Shown one piece after another: positions 9,413 through 18,261 of a stretch of DNA of 62,295 nucleotides. Numbering within the stretch: the first letter of the stretch is position 1; each line of letters starts with the position of its first letter. The position numbers and the translations under genes were made by a program. The notes beneath the pieces were generated by a model that worked only from the letters and a program-made list of their open reading frames with translations, was not told the origin of the DNA and did not search any database. The DNA lies in the IMG/VR virus record IMGVR_UViG_3300042357_000538, positions 1 to 62,295 of that record, one strand, 5' to 3'. This DNA comes from a virus. Its lineage: Duplodnaviria > Caudoviricetes.

Positions 9413-10050
9413 CAGGGAATGAACCGGATGTAGGTGGGCTGGCCGGCGAGCGTGTGGCTGCCCATCCCGTAGGCGAACACGAGCGCCTCATGCGCCTCGC
9501 GCTGGAACTCCCGGAAGGCGGGGAAGCCCTCGGCGTCGTTGTGGTAGGCCTTCATGCGCAGGAGCGCATCCCAGACCAGGAGGTCGTGGTGGGCGGCGGG
9601 CAGGAGGGGGAGATCAGCGTCGGCCACCAAGGCCGACGGGGTGCGGTAGTAGGCCAGCTCGATCTCGTCGGCCGCCTGGGGCGCGAAGAACACCAGGCTG
9701 CGGGGCGACTCGCCCCGGATCTGGAACAGCCGCACCTGGTCGTTGGTCGGGGAGGGGACGGGGTAGGCGTGCGTGTTGGGGGCCGGCACCTCCTCGTACT
9801 CCCAACCCCGGGTCAGGTTCGAGAGGCGCTGCACGCGGTGGCAGTCGGTGGGGAGGTTCAGGGCGCGCGTGCCCGCGTCCAGGGTCTGGTACACGGGCGG
9901 CGAGGCCAACAGCCAGGGCCAGTCTTGCTCGGCGCAGCGCTGGCGGTGGGCCTGGTTCAGGGCCTGCTTGACCACGGTGCGGGTGACATCCGTGTCGTCC
10001 AGCTCGTCCAGGTAGAGCAGGACCTCGTTCTGGAGCTCGAGGAAGGTCAT
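9412..10050 (-). CDS. Head-tail adaptor / tail tubular protein A-like
   Basis: MTFLELQNEV...LNQAH...WPWL...LPTD...YYRTPSAL..DADLPLLPAAHHDLLVW pattern; synteny. Confidence 0.7.
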   Translation of the reverse strand: MTFLELQNEVLLYLDELDDTDVTRTVVKQALNQAHRQRCAEQDWPWLLASPPVYQTLDAGTRALNLPTDCHRVQRLSNLTRGWEYEEVPAPNTHAYPVPSPTNDQVRLFQIRGESPRSLVFFAPQAADEIELAYYRTPSALVADADLPLLPAAHHDLLVWDALLRMKAYHNDAEGFPAFREFQREAHEALVFAYGMGSHTLAGQPTYIRFIP

Positions 10051-10607
10051 CGGGGGGTCCACTCCGTCGTGGCGGGATCAGGGCGGGGCGCCCAGGTGGC
10101 GGCGGTGGGGCCGTCGAGGGGGGCCCACGCGCCGGCCGTGGCCGGCGCGCGCGTGAACCAGGCGCCCGGGATCCGCACGGCCAGGGGGAAGAGCTCGCCG
10201 GCGGCGGCCAGGAGGGGGAGGGTGAGGCTGGCCGCCTCGGGGGTGAGGGTCGGCGCCCCGAGGGCGGCGCCGCTGGTGAGGGTGGGGAGCCCCAGGGAGG
10301 GGGCGAGGGTGGGGGTGAAGAGCGCCGCGCTGCTGGCGATCGCCGGCAGCGTGAGCGTGGCCGTCCCGGGGGCGACGGTGGGGGCCTGCACCACTGCGGT
10401 GGTGGCGAGGGCCGGGAGGGGCAGGGCGACCGTGCCCGGCGCCAGGGTGGGCGTCCGCAGCACCGCCCCCGACGCGAGCGCGGGGAGGGTGAGCGTGGCC
10501 GTCCCCGCCGTGACGGTAGGCGCAGCCAGCGTCGCCGTGCTCGCGATCGCGGGGAGCGTGAGGACATCCCCCGCCCCCGCGCCGAGATTCAGCGACCAGA
10601 GCAGCAT
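10047..10607 (-). CDS. Virion protein with tandem ~22-aa TLTLPA(L/I)ASxAxxxxPTxAPG repeats
   Basis: About six imperfect repeats visible in the translation. Confidence 0.65.
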   Translation of the reverse strand: MLLWSLNLGAGAGDVLTLPAIASTATLAAPTVTAGTATLTLPALASGAVLRTPTLAPGTVALPLPALATTAVVQAPTVAPGTATLTLPAIASSAALFTPTLAPSLGLPTLTSGAALGAPTLTPEAASLTLPLLAAAGELFPLAVRIPGAWFTRAPATAGAWAPLDGPTAATWAPRPDPATTEWTPR

Positions 10608-10610
10608 GGG

Positions 10611-12512
10611 CTAGGCGTGGACGGAGAAGCCGGTCACATCGTCCAGGGTGACGGCGCCGGTCGCGTCCGTGAGCGAGGCCGTCGCGCAGACGGCGCAGGT
10701 GATGGCCGTGCTGAACGCCATGCCGCCTTCGAGGCTGATGTACACCGGCTGGTTCTGCGGGAGCGGCACGCGCATCGTCGCCGCGGAGGAGGCGAGCGTG
10801 GGCGAGGCGATGTTGAAGACCTTCAGGTAGCGGATGGCGGCGTTCGTATTGACGAGATACAACCCAAGCAACCTCCCAGCCGACCCCTTGATGGTCTGCG
10901 CGACTGGCGTAGCCGGGCAGTTGATCGAGGTGACCGTACCCCCACCCGCTGCGGTGGTTCGGTAGGTCATGGTCACGTCGCCGATGACGTTGTTTCCGGA
11001 GGGCAATCCGCCCGTCACCCCGACGCTGCCAGAGACAGGCTGGGTCGTGACGATAGGGACGAATGGGGCTTGCATCCCCGCCACCACGATGGTCGTCGTC
11101 CCGGCGGTGGTCGCCGTCGTCAGGCGCAGCCTGAAGTAGCGCGCGATGACGTTGGTGTACCGCAAGGCCCCATTGGGGATGGTCGTGCCGGTCGCGCCTG
11201 CCTCTGTCAGGTTCGTGGCGGTGACCCAGTTCGTGAGGTCATTCGACCACGCCGGAGTCACCACACCCGTGGTGCCCAGCGAGACCATGTGAATGGAGAG
11301 CGCCCGCACTTGGCTGCAGTCGATCACCACAAGGTCCGTGTTGATCGCGATCACCCCCGCCTGCGGGCCGTAGCGAACCATCTGCGCGGGCACAGCCGCC
11401 GCCACGATGCGCTCGGTGTCGGAGGTGACGCCAACCTCCAATTTGTTATGGTTTTTGCCGGTCAGGTAATCAATGGTGACCGTCGTGGAGCTGGCCGCGC
11501 CCGTGATGTTGCGGACTTCCACATGGTGCCGCATCGGGTCGTGCTGGGCGGGGACCACCAGCACATGCTCCGCGACGAACGCCCCATCGATGTAGAACCG
11601 AACACTCTCCGTCAGCAGCTCCACCCGGTAGTCGCGCATGGTCGCCGTGGTGGCGAGGGCCGGGAGCGTGACGGTGGTCTGCTCGGTCTCGCTCGCGGAG
11701 GGGGCGCCGGTCGGGTTGCGTCCCGTTTCGCAGATGACCGTGGTGTTGACGGTGCCCGAGAGGAGGAAGCGGGCGAACCACCGGGGGGTCGCCGCGTCTT
11801 CCTCCAAACCCACATGCACTTCCTGGTTCGCAATACGCTGGCTGACCGACGCCCGGGCCCGGGCGACGATGGGGGCGTAGTCGAGCAGGCGGGCCACGCC
11901 GGTGATGGCACTGTTGGTCGTGCCGCTGGTGAGGGTGAGCTGGCCCGAGGCCACCGACAGGGAGCCGCCCGAGCCGGTGTAGGGGCGCACCAGGGCGCGC
12001 GAGGCGTTGCCGCTCGACCCGCCGACGTAGCTCGCCACCAGCGTGAGCTGGGTGTTGCTGTCGACGCTCTCGATCTGCACCCACGCCGACTCGCCGTCCG
12101 CATCCAACTTGAAGTAGTCGTTCAGGTGGAGGTCGACGCCCAGGAACCCGCTGCCGGTCACCGTCGCCCCGGAGATCGTGACCGAGCCGATGGCGACGGC
12201 CAGCGACGAATTGGCGAAGTTGGCCCTGAACGTGCCCTCGTCGGTCAGGACCGTGGCCCGCGCGACCAGTGACCCGCCCTCGTCGACCGCGGCGGCGCGC
12301 TGTGCCGCGCTCGAGGCGCCCGAGTAATGCGGGGCGAAGTCGAGGGGCGCGGCCTGGAGCAGGACCGGGAAACCGCTGGCGGCTGAGGCGTCGGTCGCGG
12401 ACCCGTCAGCCCCGTGCGCGACCTTGACCCGCTGGTAGTGCCTGCCGCTGATGTCGTCGGTGGCAACGGCGGGGCCGCCCGTGCCGGGGTTCAGAGTGAT
12501 GTCGTCAGCCAT
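10611..12512 (-). CDS. Tail spike / receptor-binding-like protein, 633 aa
   Basis: MADDITLNPGTGG..VATDDISGRHYQRVKV N-terminus, a lectin-like middle (YRVEL..VRFYIDG), beta-rich. Confidence 0.6.
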   Translation of the reverse strand: MADDITLNPGTGGPAVATDDISGRHYQRVKVAHGADGSATDASAASGFPVLLQAAPLDFAPHYSGASSAAQRAAAVDEGGSLVARATVLTDEGTFRANFANSSLAVAIGSVTISGATVTGSGFLGVDLHLNDYFKLDADGESAWVQIESVDSNTQLTLVASYVGGSSGNASRALVRPYTGSGGSLSVASGQLTLTSGTTNSAITGVARLLDYAPIVARARASVSQRIANQEVHVGLEEDAATPRWFARFLLSGTVNTTVICETGRNPTGAPSASETEQTTVTLPALATTATMRDYRVELLTESVRFYIDGAFVAEHVLVVPAQHDPMRHHVEVRNITGAASSTTVTIDYLTGKNHNKLEVGVTSDTERIVAAAVPAQMVRYGPQAGVIAINTDLVVIDCSQVRALSIHMVSLGTTGVVTPAWSNDLTNWVTATNLTEAGATGTTIPNGALRYTNVIARYFRLRLTTATTAGTTTIVVAGMQAPFVPIVTTQPVSGSVGVTGGLPSGNNVIGDVTMTYRTTAAGGGTVTSINCPATPVAQTIKGSAGRLLGLYLVNTNAAIRYLKVFNIASPTLASSAATMRVPLPQNQPVYISLEGGMAFSTAITCAVCATASLTDATGAVTLDDVTGFSVHA

Positions 12513-12515
12513 GGC

Positions 12516-12920
12516 CTAGAGCGAGAACCAGCCGGAGCCGTTGACCGTGCCGGTGACGTTGCCGCCGTTGAGGGTGAGGGGCAGGCCGGTGACGCCCGTG
12601 TCGTAGAAAGCGGCCAGGCGGCAGGTCGCGGGCGTGGCGGTATCGCCCACGACCAGGATCACGGCCTCGACCGGATCGCCCGCCGAGGACGGCCAGGAGG
12701 GATCCGCGGAGTCGAAGGTGCCGTCGGTCAGCGTCTTGCTCCCCAGGGCGGCGCTGATCTCCTCACGCGCGGCCGCGGGCACGTCCGAGAGGAACTCGTG
12801 CGCGGCGGAGTAGGTGTAGTCGGCGAGGTCCACGAGGATCGCCTTCACGTCGCTCGTGGTCATGTTGACGTTGCCGCTCAAGCAGGCCTGCTTGAACTTC
12901 GGGTACAGGGCGTTGGCCAT
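12516..12920 (-). CDS. Minor virion structural protein, 134 aa
   Basis: MANALYPKFKQ...DVKAILVD...GLPLTLNGGNVT...GWFSL, a pattern I recognise from phage tail regions. Confidence 0.65.
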   Translation of the reverse strand: MANALYPKFKQACLSGNVNMTTSDVKAILVDLADYTYSAAHEFLSDVPAAAREEISAALGSKTLTDGTFDSADPSWPSSAGDPVEAVILVVGDTATPATCRLAAFYDTGVTGLPLTLNGGNVTGTVNGSGWFSL

Positions 12921-12955
12921 AGGGGAGGGAGTCCGGAGAAGGGGGAAAGGTGCGA

Positions 12956-13612
12956 CTAGTCGCCGTCGGACCAGCAGCAGGAGGCCGCCCCGCCAGGTCC
13001 GCCGCTGCTCTCGCCAAACGCCACGATCACGGACGTACCTGTCCGGTTCGTACCGCCCGTGATCGACCACGTTGCGGTCTCGAGGCTCACGGCAGCGGCG
13101 GCGTCTTGGTACTGGAAGTACGCCTGGCTGGTGGTGCCGATCTGGCCGAAGAAGCCCGACGCGGCACTCCGGTTCGTGGTGGTGCTCGACAGCGCCGTGG
13201 CTGTCACGATGAACGCCGGGCCGGTCGTCGTCACACCCACAGCCCCGCACGGCTGCAGCGCCTGGTCGGCCGGCGTCGTGTAGCTATCGGTCAGCGGGGG
13301 CACCGCCGCCAGCCCGCTCACCTCGTAGGCCACCGCCTGGTAGTTCTGGACGCTACCCCCCGCCTGCGTGACCGCCACCGTGGTGCCGCCCCCAGCAATC
13401 GCGTGGAGGTACAGCACCGCAGCGCCCCGCCCGGGGATGTGGCTGATCGCGGTGGTGTGCCCGGGGATGCTGTAGGTCCGCCCGGAGGCGGCCACCGTTT
13501 GGGCCACCGCCACCACCACTGTGGACCCCGCCGTCAGGGGGGCGGGGAAGGTCAAGGTGAGCGTGGCCAGGCCGGCGTTGGCCCCGACGGGCGTCTGCTG
13601 GATGAGCGACAT
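12956..13612 (-). CDS. Beta-rich virion protein, 218 aa
   Basis: Thr/Ala/Val-rich ORF in the tail cluster. Confidence 0.6.
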   Translation of the reverse strand: MSLIQQTPVGANAGLATLTLTFPAPLTAGSTVVVAVAQTVAASGRTYSIPGHTTAISHIPGRGAAVLYLHAIAGGGTTVAVTQAGGSVQNYQAVAYEVSGLAAVPPLTDSYTTPADQALQPCGAVGVTTTGPAFIVTATALSSTTTNRSAASGFFGQIGTTSQAYFQYQDAAAAVSLETATWSITGGTNRTGTSVIVAFGESSGGPGGAASCCWSDGD

Positions 13613-13616
13613 GGCG

Positions 13617-15290
13617 TTAGCTCGGGGCGGTCAAGAGTGGCGCCCAGTCCGCGGTGCCCAGGGGCGCCTGCAACGCCACGAAGTTCCGGATGTACGCGAC
13701 GAGGTCATGGTTCCCACCCCGCCAGTTCCGGTCGGACGACGTGTTGAACTCCACCCACCACTGCTGGATCAACTGGGGTGCCGAGGTTCCCGTCAGGGTC
13801 CGCACGTTGACGCGGAGGTCGGTGTGGATGGGCACGACGCCCCGCGTACTGTCGGCCATCCAGCTCGAGTGGTAGCCGTAGTCGCCGGGGACGATATCGA
13901 ACCGCTGGATCCAGCGCACCCACCGCCCACGTTCCAACGTGAACCGCCCTGCCTGCGGCGCGATGGCGTCGCCGCCCCCGCGGATGGTCCCAGGGCCGAG
14001 CACCGTCGTATCCGGAGACCAGGCCGTCCCATCGTTGCTGGTGCTGTAGGTGCGCGTGTTCACAGATCCGATCTGGGGTGCGGTCCCGGTCCAGTCCGCG
14101 GGCCGTGTGATCGGGTTCCCGGACGTGGAGCCCCCGTCAAACCCGATGCGTGGTTCGTGCCAGAGTCCGCTCGGGGGGCGCGGCGCCTGGAATTGGAAGG
14201 CCTTGTACGTCAGCCCAGTGCCGCGCACCGAATCGAATGAATTGGTCAGGTACAGGTCCCACACCAAGAAGTAGCTGTTCCCCTCGGTGGCATTGAGCGG
14301 AAACCGGACCTGGTCTTGAAGATTGTTGGTCGAGCGGCGGATTTGCGTGGTGGCGGCCACATGCGTCTGCGCGGTGGTGCCGAACAGCCCGCGGTTCAGG
14401 ATCGTGTACCCGGCCGCCACGCTCCCGGCCGAGTCCACGCAGATGATCTCCTCGTTGGGCAGGCCCTCGTTCAAGCGAAGGTGGCGCACCCCTTGTGGCG
14501 CTTCCGACACGAAGAGCGTCATAGCGCCCGGCAGCAGGTCCTGCGTCAGCACCCCGGTCCAGACCACCCGGTTCCATGCCCCGATGCGGAACTGGGCCGC
14601 GTCCTGCTTCTGTGCGTCCGTGTCGCCCGCCGGGTTGTACGTGAAACTGGTCGCGGGTGTCTGCTGGTAGCCGCCCGCGTTGTTGGCCAAGAGCTGCTCC
14701 GCGTAGTAGGGGTCGGGCTTCCCCGCATGGGGCCCCGAGGCGAAGAACTGGGGGCGCCCCGCCACCGGCCGGAATGACAGCCCGCACCAGTAGTCACTGC
14801 GGTTGATCAGCGTCTCGAAATACCCATGGTCGCCCACCGGCACGGCGCTGTCGTAGATGCTCACCGTCGTGGCGAGGCTCCGCCCCGCGGTGGTGGCCAG
14901 GGGCGTGGCGCCGGCCAACGGCGAGCTCAGCGTGACGGTGAACGTGCGCGTCCCCTGGTCGCCCGCGCGCTCGAGCGTGGGAATGGGCACCGTCACCGAG
15001 GTCGCGCCGATCGGAATCGTCGCGGTCCCGTTTGTGGTGGTGTAGTCGGTCCCCGCCACGGCGGTGCCTGCGGTCGTGGTATGCGTGACCGTGATCGCCA
15101 CATCCCAGGGCTTGTTGATCACGATCGTGGCGACGGCGGGGTTGCCCTCGAAGGGGTTCGTCACGCCGCCCAGGTGGATCGTGGGGGCCTCCACCGGAGC
15201 CACCACCACGGGGCGGCCCTTGAGCGCCCCGCTCGGGGAGCGCCAGAGTTGCTGCCGATCGAGCGACGCGATGATGCGAAGCGCGCTCAT
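13617..15290 (-). CDS. Virion protein with a Calx-beta domain and a putative carbohydrate-binding/lyase-like C-terminus
   Basis: EGNPAVATIV...VTHTTTAGTAVAGTDYTTTNGTATIPIGATSVTVPIP...TFTVTLSSP; likely start MSALRII at 15290. Confidence 0.7.
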   Translation of the reverse strand: MSALRIIASLDRQQLWRSPSGALKGRPVVVAPVEAPTIHLGGVTNPFEGNPAVATIVINKPWDVAITVTHTTTAGTAVAGTDYTTTNGTATIPIGATSVTVPIPTLERAGDQGTRTFTVTLSSPLAGATPLATTAGRSLATTVSIYDSAVPVGDHGYFETLINRSDYWCGLSFRPVAGRPQFFASGPHAGKPDPYYAEQLLANNAGGYQQTPATSFTYNPAGDTDAQKQDAAQFRIGAWNRVVWTGVLTQDLLPGAMTLFVSEAPQGVRHLRLNEGLPNEEIICVDSAGSVAAGYTILNRGLFGTTAQTHVAATTQIRRSTNNLQDQVRFPLNATEGNSYFLVWDLYLTNSFDSVRGTGLTYKAFQFQAPRPPSGLWHEPRIGFDGGSTSGNPITRPADWTGTAPQIGSVNTRTYSTSNDGTAWSPDTTVLGPGTIRGGGDAIAPQAGRFTLERGRWVRWIQRFDIVPGDYGYHSSWMADSTRGVVPIHTDLRVNVRTLTGTSAPQLIQQWWVEFNTSSDRNWRGGNHDLVAYIRNFVALQAPLGTADWAPLLTAPS

Positions 15291-16330
15291 CAGGCCGCCT
15301 TGGTGAGGGTCAGGGCCGCCGCGAAGTCCACCGGCGAGGACACGGCCGTGAACTGGATCGTGATGAGCGCGCCGGCCGTGAACGTGTTCAGCGCCGTCGC
15401 GGTCGCCGCGGCCGGCGTCGCACTCACCGCCACCCCGCTGAGCCCGGTCACCGGCACGCCGTTGATCGCCACCGTCACGGTCGCGGTCCCCGAGCGCAGC
15501 TCGTGTTGGAGCCCCGTGAGCGTGCCGCCGTAGCGCGTCGAGCGCCGAATGGTGTACGTCTGGACCGCGGGCGCACTGTGCCCCCAGCCCCAGTCCACCG
15601 CGCGCTCGTTGGCCGCCAGGTTGAGCAGGCCCCGCACGGCGGCGGTCGCGCTGTTCACCCACTCACCGCCGGTGTAGACGAGGAAGTCGCCCTCGCTGCC
15701 GACGATCTCGGCCACGTCGCCGAAGTCCGCCAGGGTCGGCGTCACGTTCACCCAGTCGGTGCCATTCCACCGCAGGAACTGGCCCGCCACCGGGGTCGCC
15801 ACACTGAAGTCGGCGAAGTCGCCCGTCGTGTGGACGTGCGCGTCGGGGGGGAACGTCGAGGCGTCGATCTTGTCGAGCGAGATGGTGTTCGCCGCGATCT
15901 TCGCGTTGGTGATCGCGCCGTTGTCGATCGTCAGCGCGGCCCCGCCGCCCGACACGGTGATGTCGCCCTTGTCGCCGTCGTCCAGGCCGCCCCCGCCCAC
16001 CCCCGCGGCGCCGACCATCGCGCCGTAGTAGACCCCGCCCAGGGGCCAGAAGGTCAGGATGGTGATGGCGTTGGGCGCTGCGTTGAGGACCGGCGCGGAG
16101 CCCGCGGCCCAGGTCACGTTGCTCGGCCAGGTCAGCGTGCGGCTCCCGACCGCGTCCTGGCGCACAAAGAGGCGCAGCTCCTCGCCCTCCGAACCCCCGC
16201 GCATCCGCGCCACCACCGCCGCCGAGCTCAGCTCGAGCTTGACGTGCCGGGCCAGGGCCCAGTTGACCTCGGTGGCGGCCGAGGCCGACTGGGTGTAGAG
16301 GATATTGCGTTTGGAGTATGTCTCAGCCAT
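15290..16330 (-). CDS. Fibre/decoration protein, 346 aa; N-terminal domain paralogous to 17819..18187
   Basis: ELRLFVRQDAVGSRTLTWP..VTWAAGSAP; DGDKGDITVS and GQFLRWNGTDWVN fibre motifs. Confidence 0.7.
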   Translation of the reverse strand: MAETYSKRNILYTQSASAATEVNWALARHVKLELSSAAVVARMRGGSEGEELRLFVRQDAVGSRTLTWPSNVTWAAGSAPVLNAAPNAITILTFWPLGGVYYGAMVGAAGVGGGGLDDGDKGDITVSGGGAALTIDNGAITNAKIAANTISLDKIDASTFPPDAHVHTTGDFADFSVATPVAGQFLRWNGTDWVNVTPTLADFGDVAEIVGSEGDFLVYTGGEWVNSATAAVRGLLNLAANERAVDWGWGHSAPAVQTYTIRRSTRYGGTLTGLQHELRSGTATVTVAINGVPVTGLSGVAVSATPAAATATALNTFTAGALITIQFTAVSSPVDFAAALTLTKAA

Positions 16331-16553
16331 GGGCGTCGATGGGCAGGAGCGTCAGGCGCGTGGCCACCAGGTAGCGGGCGCCGCAGGTGGGGCAGGTGAG
16401 GGGATCGCTGGGCACGGCCACGACGTAGGGCACGTCCCCGCAGGGGCAGACCAACTCGGCGGGAAAGGACCGGGGGAGCCCCTCGAGATCGAGGTAGGGC
16501 CCCTCGGGGAACTGCTCGTCCATCAGACTTTCGAGGACGTGCCGGGCGTTCAC
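16323..16553 (-). CDS. Small zinc-ribbon protein (CPCG...CPTCG)
   Basis: GTG start overlapping the upstream stop; two Cys pairs. Confidence 0.55.
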   Translation of the reverse strand: MNARHVLESLMDEQFPEGPYLDLEGLPRSFPAELVCPCGDVPYVVAVPSDPLTCPTCGARYLVATRLTLLPIDAHG

Positions 16554-16762
16554 TTCTCGAGCTCCCGCTGAATCAGGCGCTCGAGCACCGCGGCCCGGTT
16601 CTCCTTGGTGGCGTCGCCCGCCGGCGACGCCAACCACCCGTAAGCGGTGGCGCCGGCCTCGAGCTTGCCCTGGGCGGGGGTAATCGCCCGGGTGTACACG
16701 ACGCTGCCGGCAAACGCCAGCAGGATGCCCAGGAGCGTGGCGGCGATGAGGCGCACAATCAT
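16550..16762 (-). CDS. Small membrane-anchored protein, 70 aa
   Basis: N-terminal hydrophobic helix; ATGA overlaps. Confidence 0.6.
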   Translation of the reverse strand: MIVRLIAATLLGILLAFAGSVVYTRAITPAQGKLEAGATAYGWLASPAGDATKENRAAVLERLIQRELEK

Positions 16763-17064
16763 CGGAAGTAGGTGATGTAGAGGACGGCGTTCTGTGTGAA
16801 CGCCCGGAAGCGGTTGATGGCCTGGTAGCCGCGGAGGACGATCGGGTTGCGGTCCACGCTCACATCGACGAAGTGGCCGTCGGTGGCGGTCGGCGTGGTG
16901 CCGTCGATCGTGAAGCGGAAGTCCGTGGTGATGTCGGACGTGATCACCGCGTTCTTCGCCTTGTGGTTGCCCGACGTGTAGGTGGCGAAGGTCAGGGGCG
17001 TGGCGCCTGCCCCCACCGTGATCTTCTCGGAGGCGAAGGGGTCGCCCAGGTATTCAGGCAGCAT
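16759..17064 (-). CDS. Hypothetical virion protein, 101 aa
   Basis: FRFTIDGTTPTATDGH motif; operon packing. Confidence 0.65.
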   Translation of the reverse strand: MLPEYLGDPFASEKITVGAGATPLTFATYTSGNHKAKNAVITSDITTDFRFTIDGTTPTATDGHFVDVSVDRNPIVLRGYQAINRFRAFTQNAVLYITYFR

Positions 17065-17638
17065 GGGATCCTTGGGGGGTCAGGGGGGAGGCGGGCGCCC
17101 CCACCCAGGCCCCGGTCTTGCCGGCGTACCCGAAGGAGGGGATGCCCACCAGCAGGTTGTAGTCGTCGAACGTGGAGGCCTCGATCGCGGTGGACGCCTC
17201 GCGCTCGGCCGAGGCCGTGCGGCGCGCGTTCTCCCGGTCGAGTTCGGCCTTCACCCGGTCGCGGTAGGGGCCCTTGGGGTTGAGCTTCCGGAGCTCGTCC
17301 AGGAGCACATCCCCGAAGGGGAAGCAGCTCACCGTATGCACGTAGCGGCACACGGGGCAGGTCGCCTGGAGCGTGGTGAAGGGCTTCAACTTCAGCCCCG
17401 CGCCGCAAGCGTGGCAGGGCATCTGGGGGTACTCGCGCAGCTCCATGAACAGGCGGTACCCGTCCCGGAGCTGGACCCGCTCGTCCGCGCGCCGGCGGTC
17501 TTCGGTCGCGGTCTCCACGTCGAACAGCCCGCGGCCGGCCTTGGCCTCGAGGAGCCAGGCCCGGCGGGCATCGGACCACCGCAGGCGGAGGTCGGGGAAC
17601 TCGCGCGCGAGCGCGCGCCGGAAGTCGGTAGGGGTCAT
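17054..17638 (-). CDS. Hypothetical protein with a zinc ribbon (CHACG...CPVC)
   Basis: Likely start MTPTDFRR at 17638, just downstream of the tRNA-like element. Confidence 0.65.
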   Translation of the reverse strand: MTPTDFRRALAREFPDLRLRWSDARRAWLLEAKAGRGLFDVETATEDRRRADERVQLRDGYRLFMELREYPQMPCHACGAGLKLKPFTTLQATCPVCRYVHTVSCFPFGDVLLDELRKLNPKGPYRDRVKAELDRENARRTASAEREASTAIEASTFDDYNLLVGIPSFGYAGKTGAWVGAPASPLTPQGSHAA

Positions 17639-17649
17639 AAGGGGTGGGG

Positions 17650-17719
17650 TGGCGGCCAGCGGGGCTCGAACCCGCATTGCCGCGTGCGTAGCGCGGCGAC
17701 TTGCGTTAGTCCATGGCGC
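17650..17719 (-). tRNA. Aberrant tRNA-Arg(ACG)-like element
   Basis: D stem GACT/AGTC, anticodon arm CCGCG-CTACGCA-CGCGG, T arm GCGGG-TTCGAGC-CCCGC; acceptor GCGCCA/TGGCCGC has a bulge. Confidence 0.65.
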
Positions 17720-17818
17720 ACCATGTGGGCGAGGTCTCTCCCCCGCCAGGTCACGTCTATTGCGGCCGGCCGCGGCTCAGCCTTATTCGACCCCGACGTT
17801 GGGGGCCCTGTGGTCCGC

Positions 17819-18187
17819 TCAAATCTGGGCGGAGAGGGCGAGGTGCGCGGCCGTGTTGGCCGCGGTCGCCACCTGGGCGGTCAGCGTGATCCCGAAGTAC
17901 TGGTTGCCGACCTTGAAGAACTTGATGATCACCGCATCGAACGTGGCCGTCGGCAGGGTCGGCGCGGCGCCGCCCACCCACACCACGGCGGCGGGGAAGG
18001 TGGCCGTGCGTGAGCCGGTCCCGTCCTGCTGGAGGATGAGCGTGAGCTCCTCGCCCTCCTGGCCGCCCGTGATCCGGGAGAAGGTCGTGTTGGCGGTGAG
18101 CATCCGGACCAGCGTGCCCGACGGGCCGAAGTTCAGCTCGTCGGCGGTCGTGCGCTGGAGCTTGACGCGCTTGGGGAAAATCGACAT
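17819..18187 (-). CDS. Putative capsid decoration protein, 122 aa
   Basis: Directly follows the major capsid gene; AGGAG RBS; paralogous to the N-terminus of 15290..16330. Confidence 0.65.
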   Translation of the reverse strand: MSIFPKRVKLQRTTADELNFGPSGTLVRMLTANTTFSRITGGQEGEELTLILQQDGTGSRTATFPAAVVWVGGAAPTLPTATFDAVIIKFFKVGNQYFGITLTAQVATAANTAAHLALSAQI

Positions 18188-18200
18188 GGGTTCTACTCCT

Positions 18201-18240
18201 AGGATAGGGGAAGGGAGGGGCGGGTGTCAAGAATTTGACG
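18201..18240 (-). promoter_or_regulatory. sigma70-type promoter TTGACA-N18-TATCCT with a GTCAA-N4-TTGAC palindrome over the -35
   Basis: Read directly; the same palindrome lies at 26746-26761. Confidence 0.65.
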
Positions 18241-18261
18241 GCCCGCCCCCGGGTCCTACGC

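Noticed and set aside
5201-16330. Diversity-generating retroelement or invertible tail-fibre cassette
   Set aside because: No reverse transcriptase, TR/VR pair or invertase with inverted repeats seen
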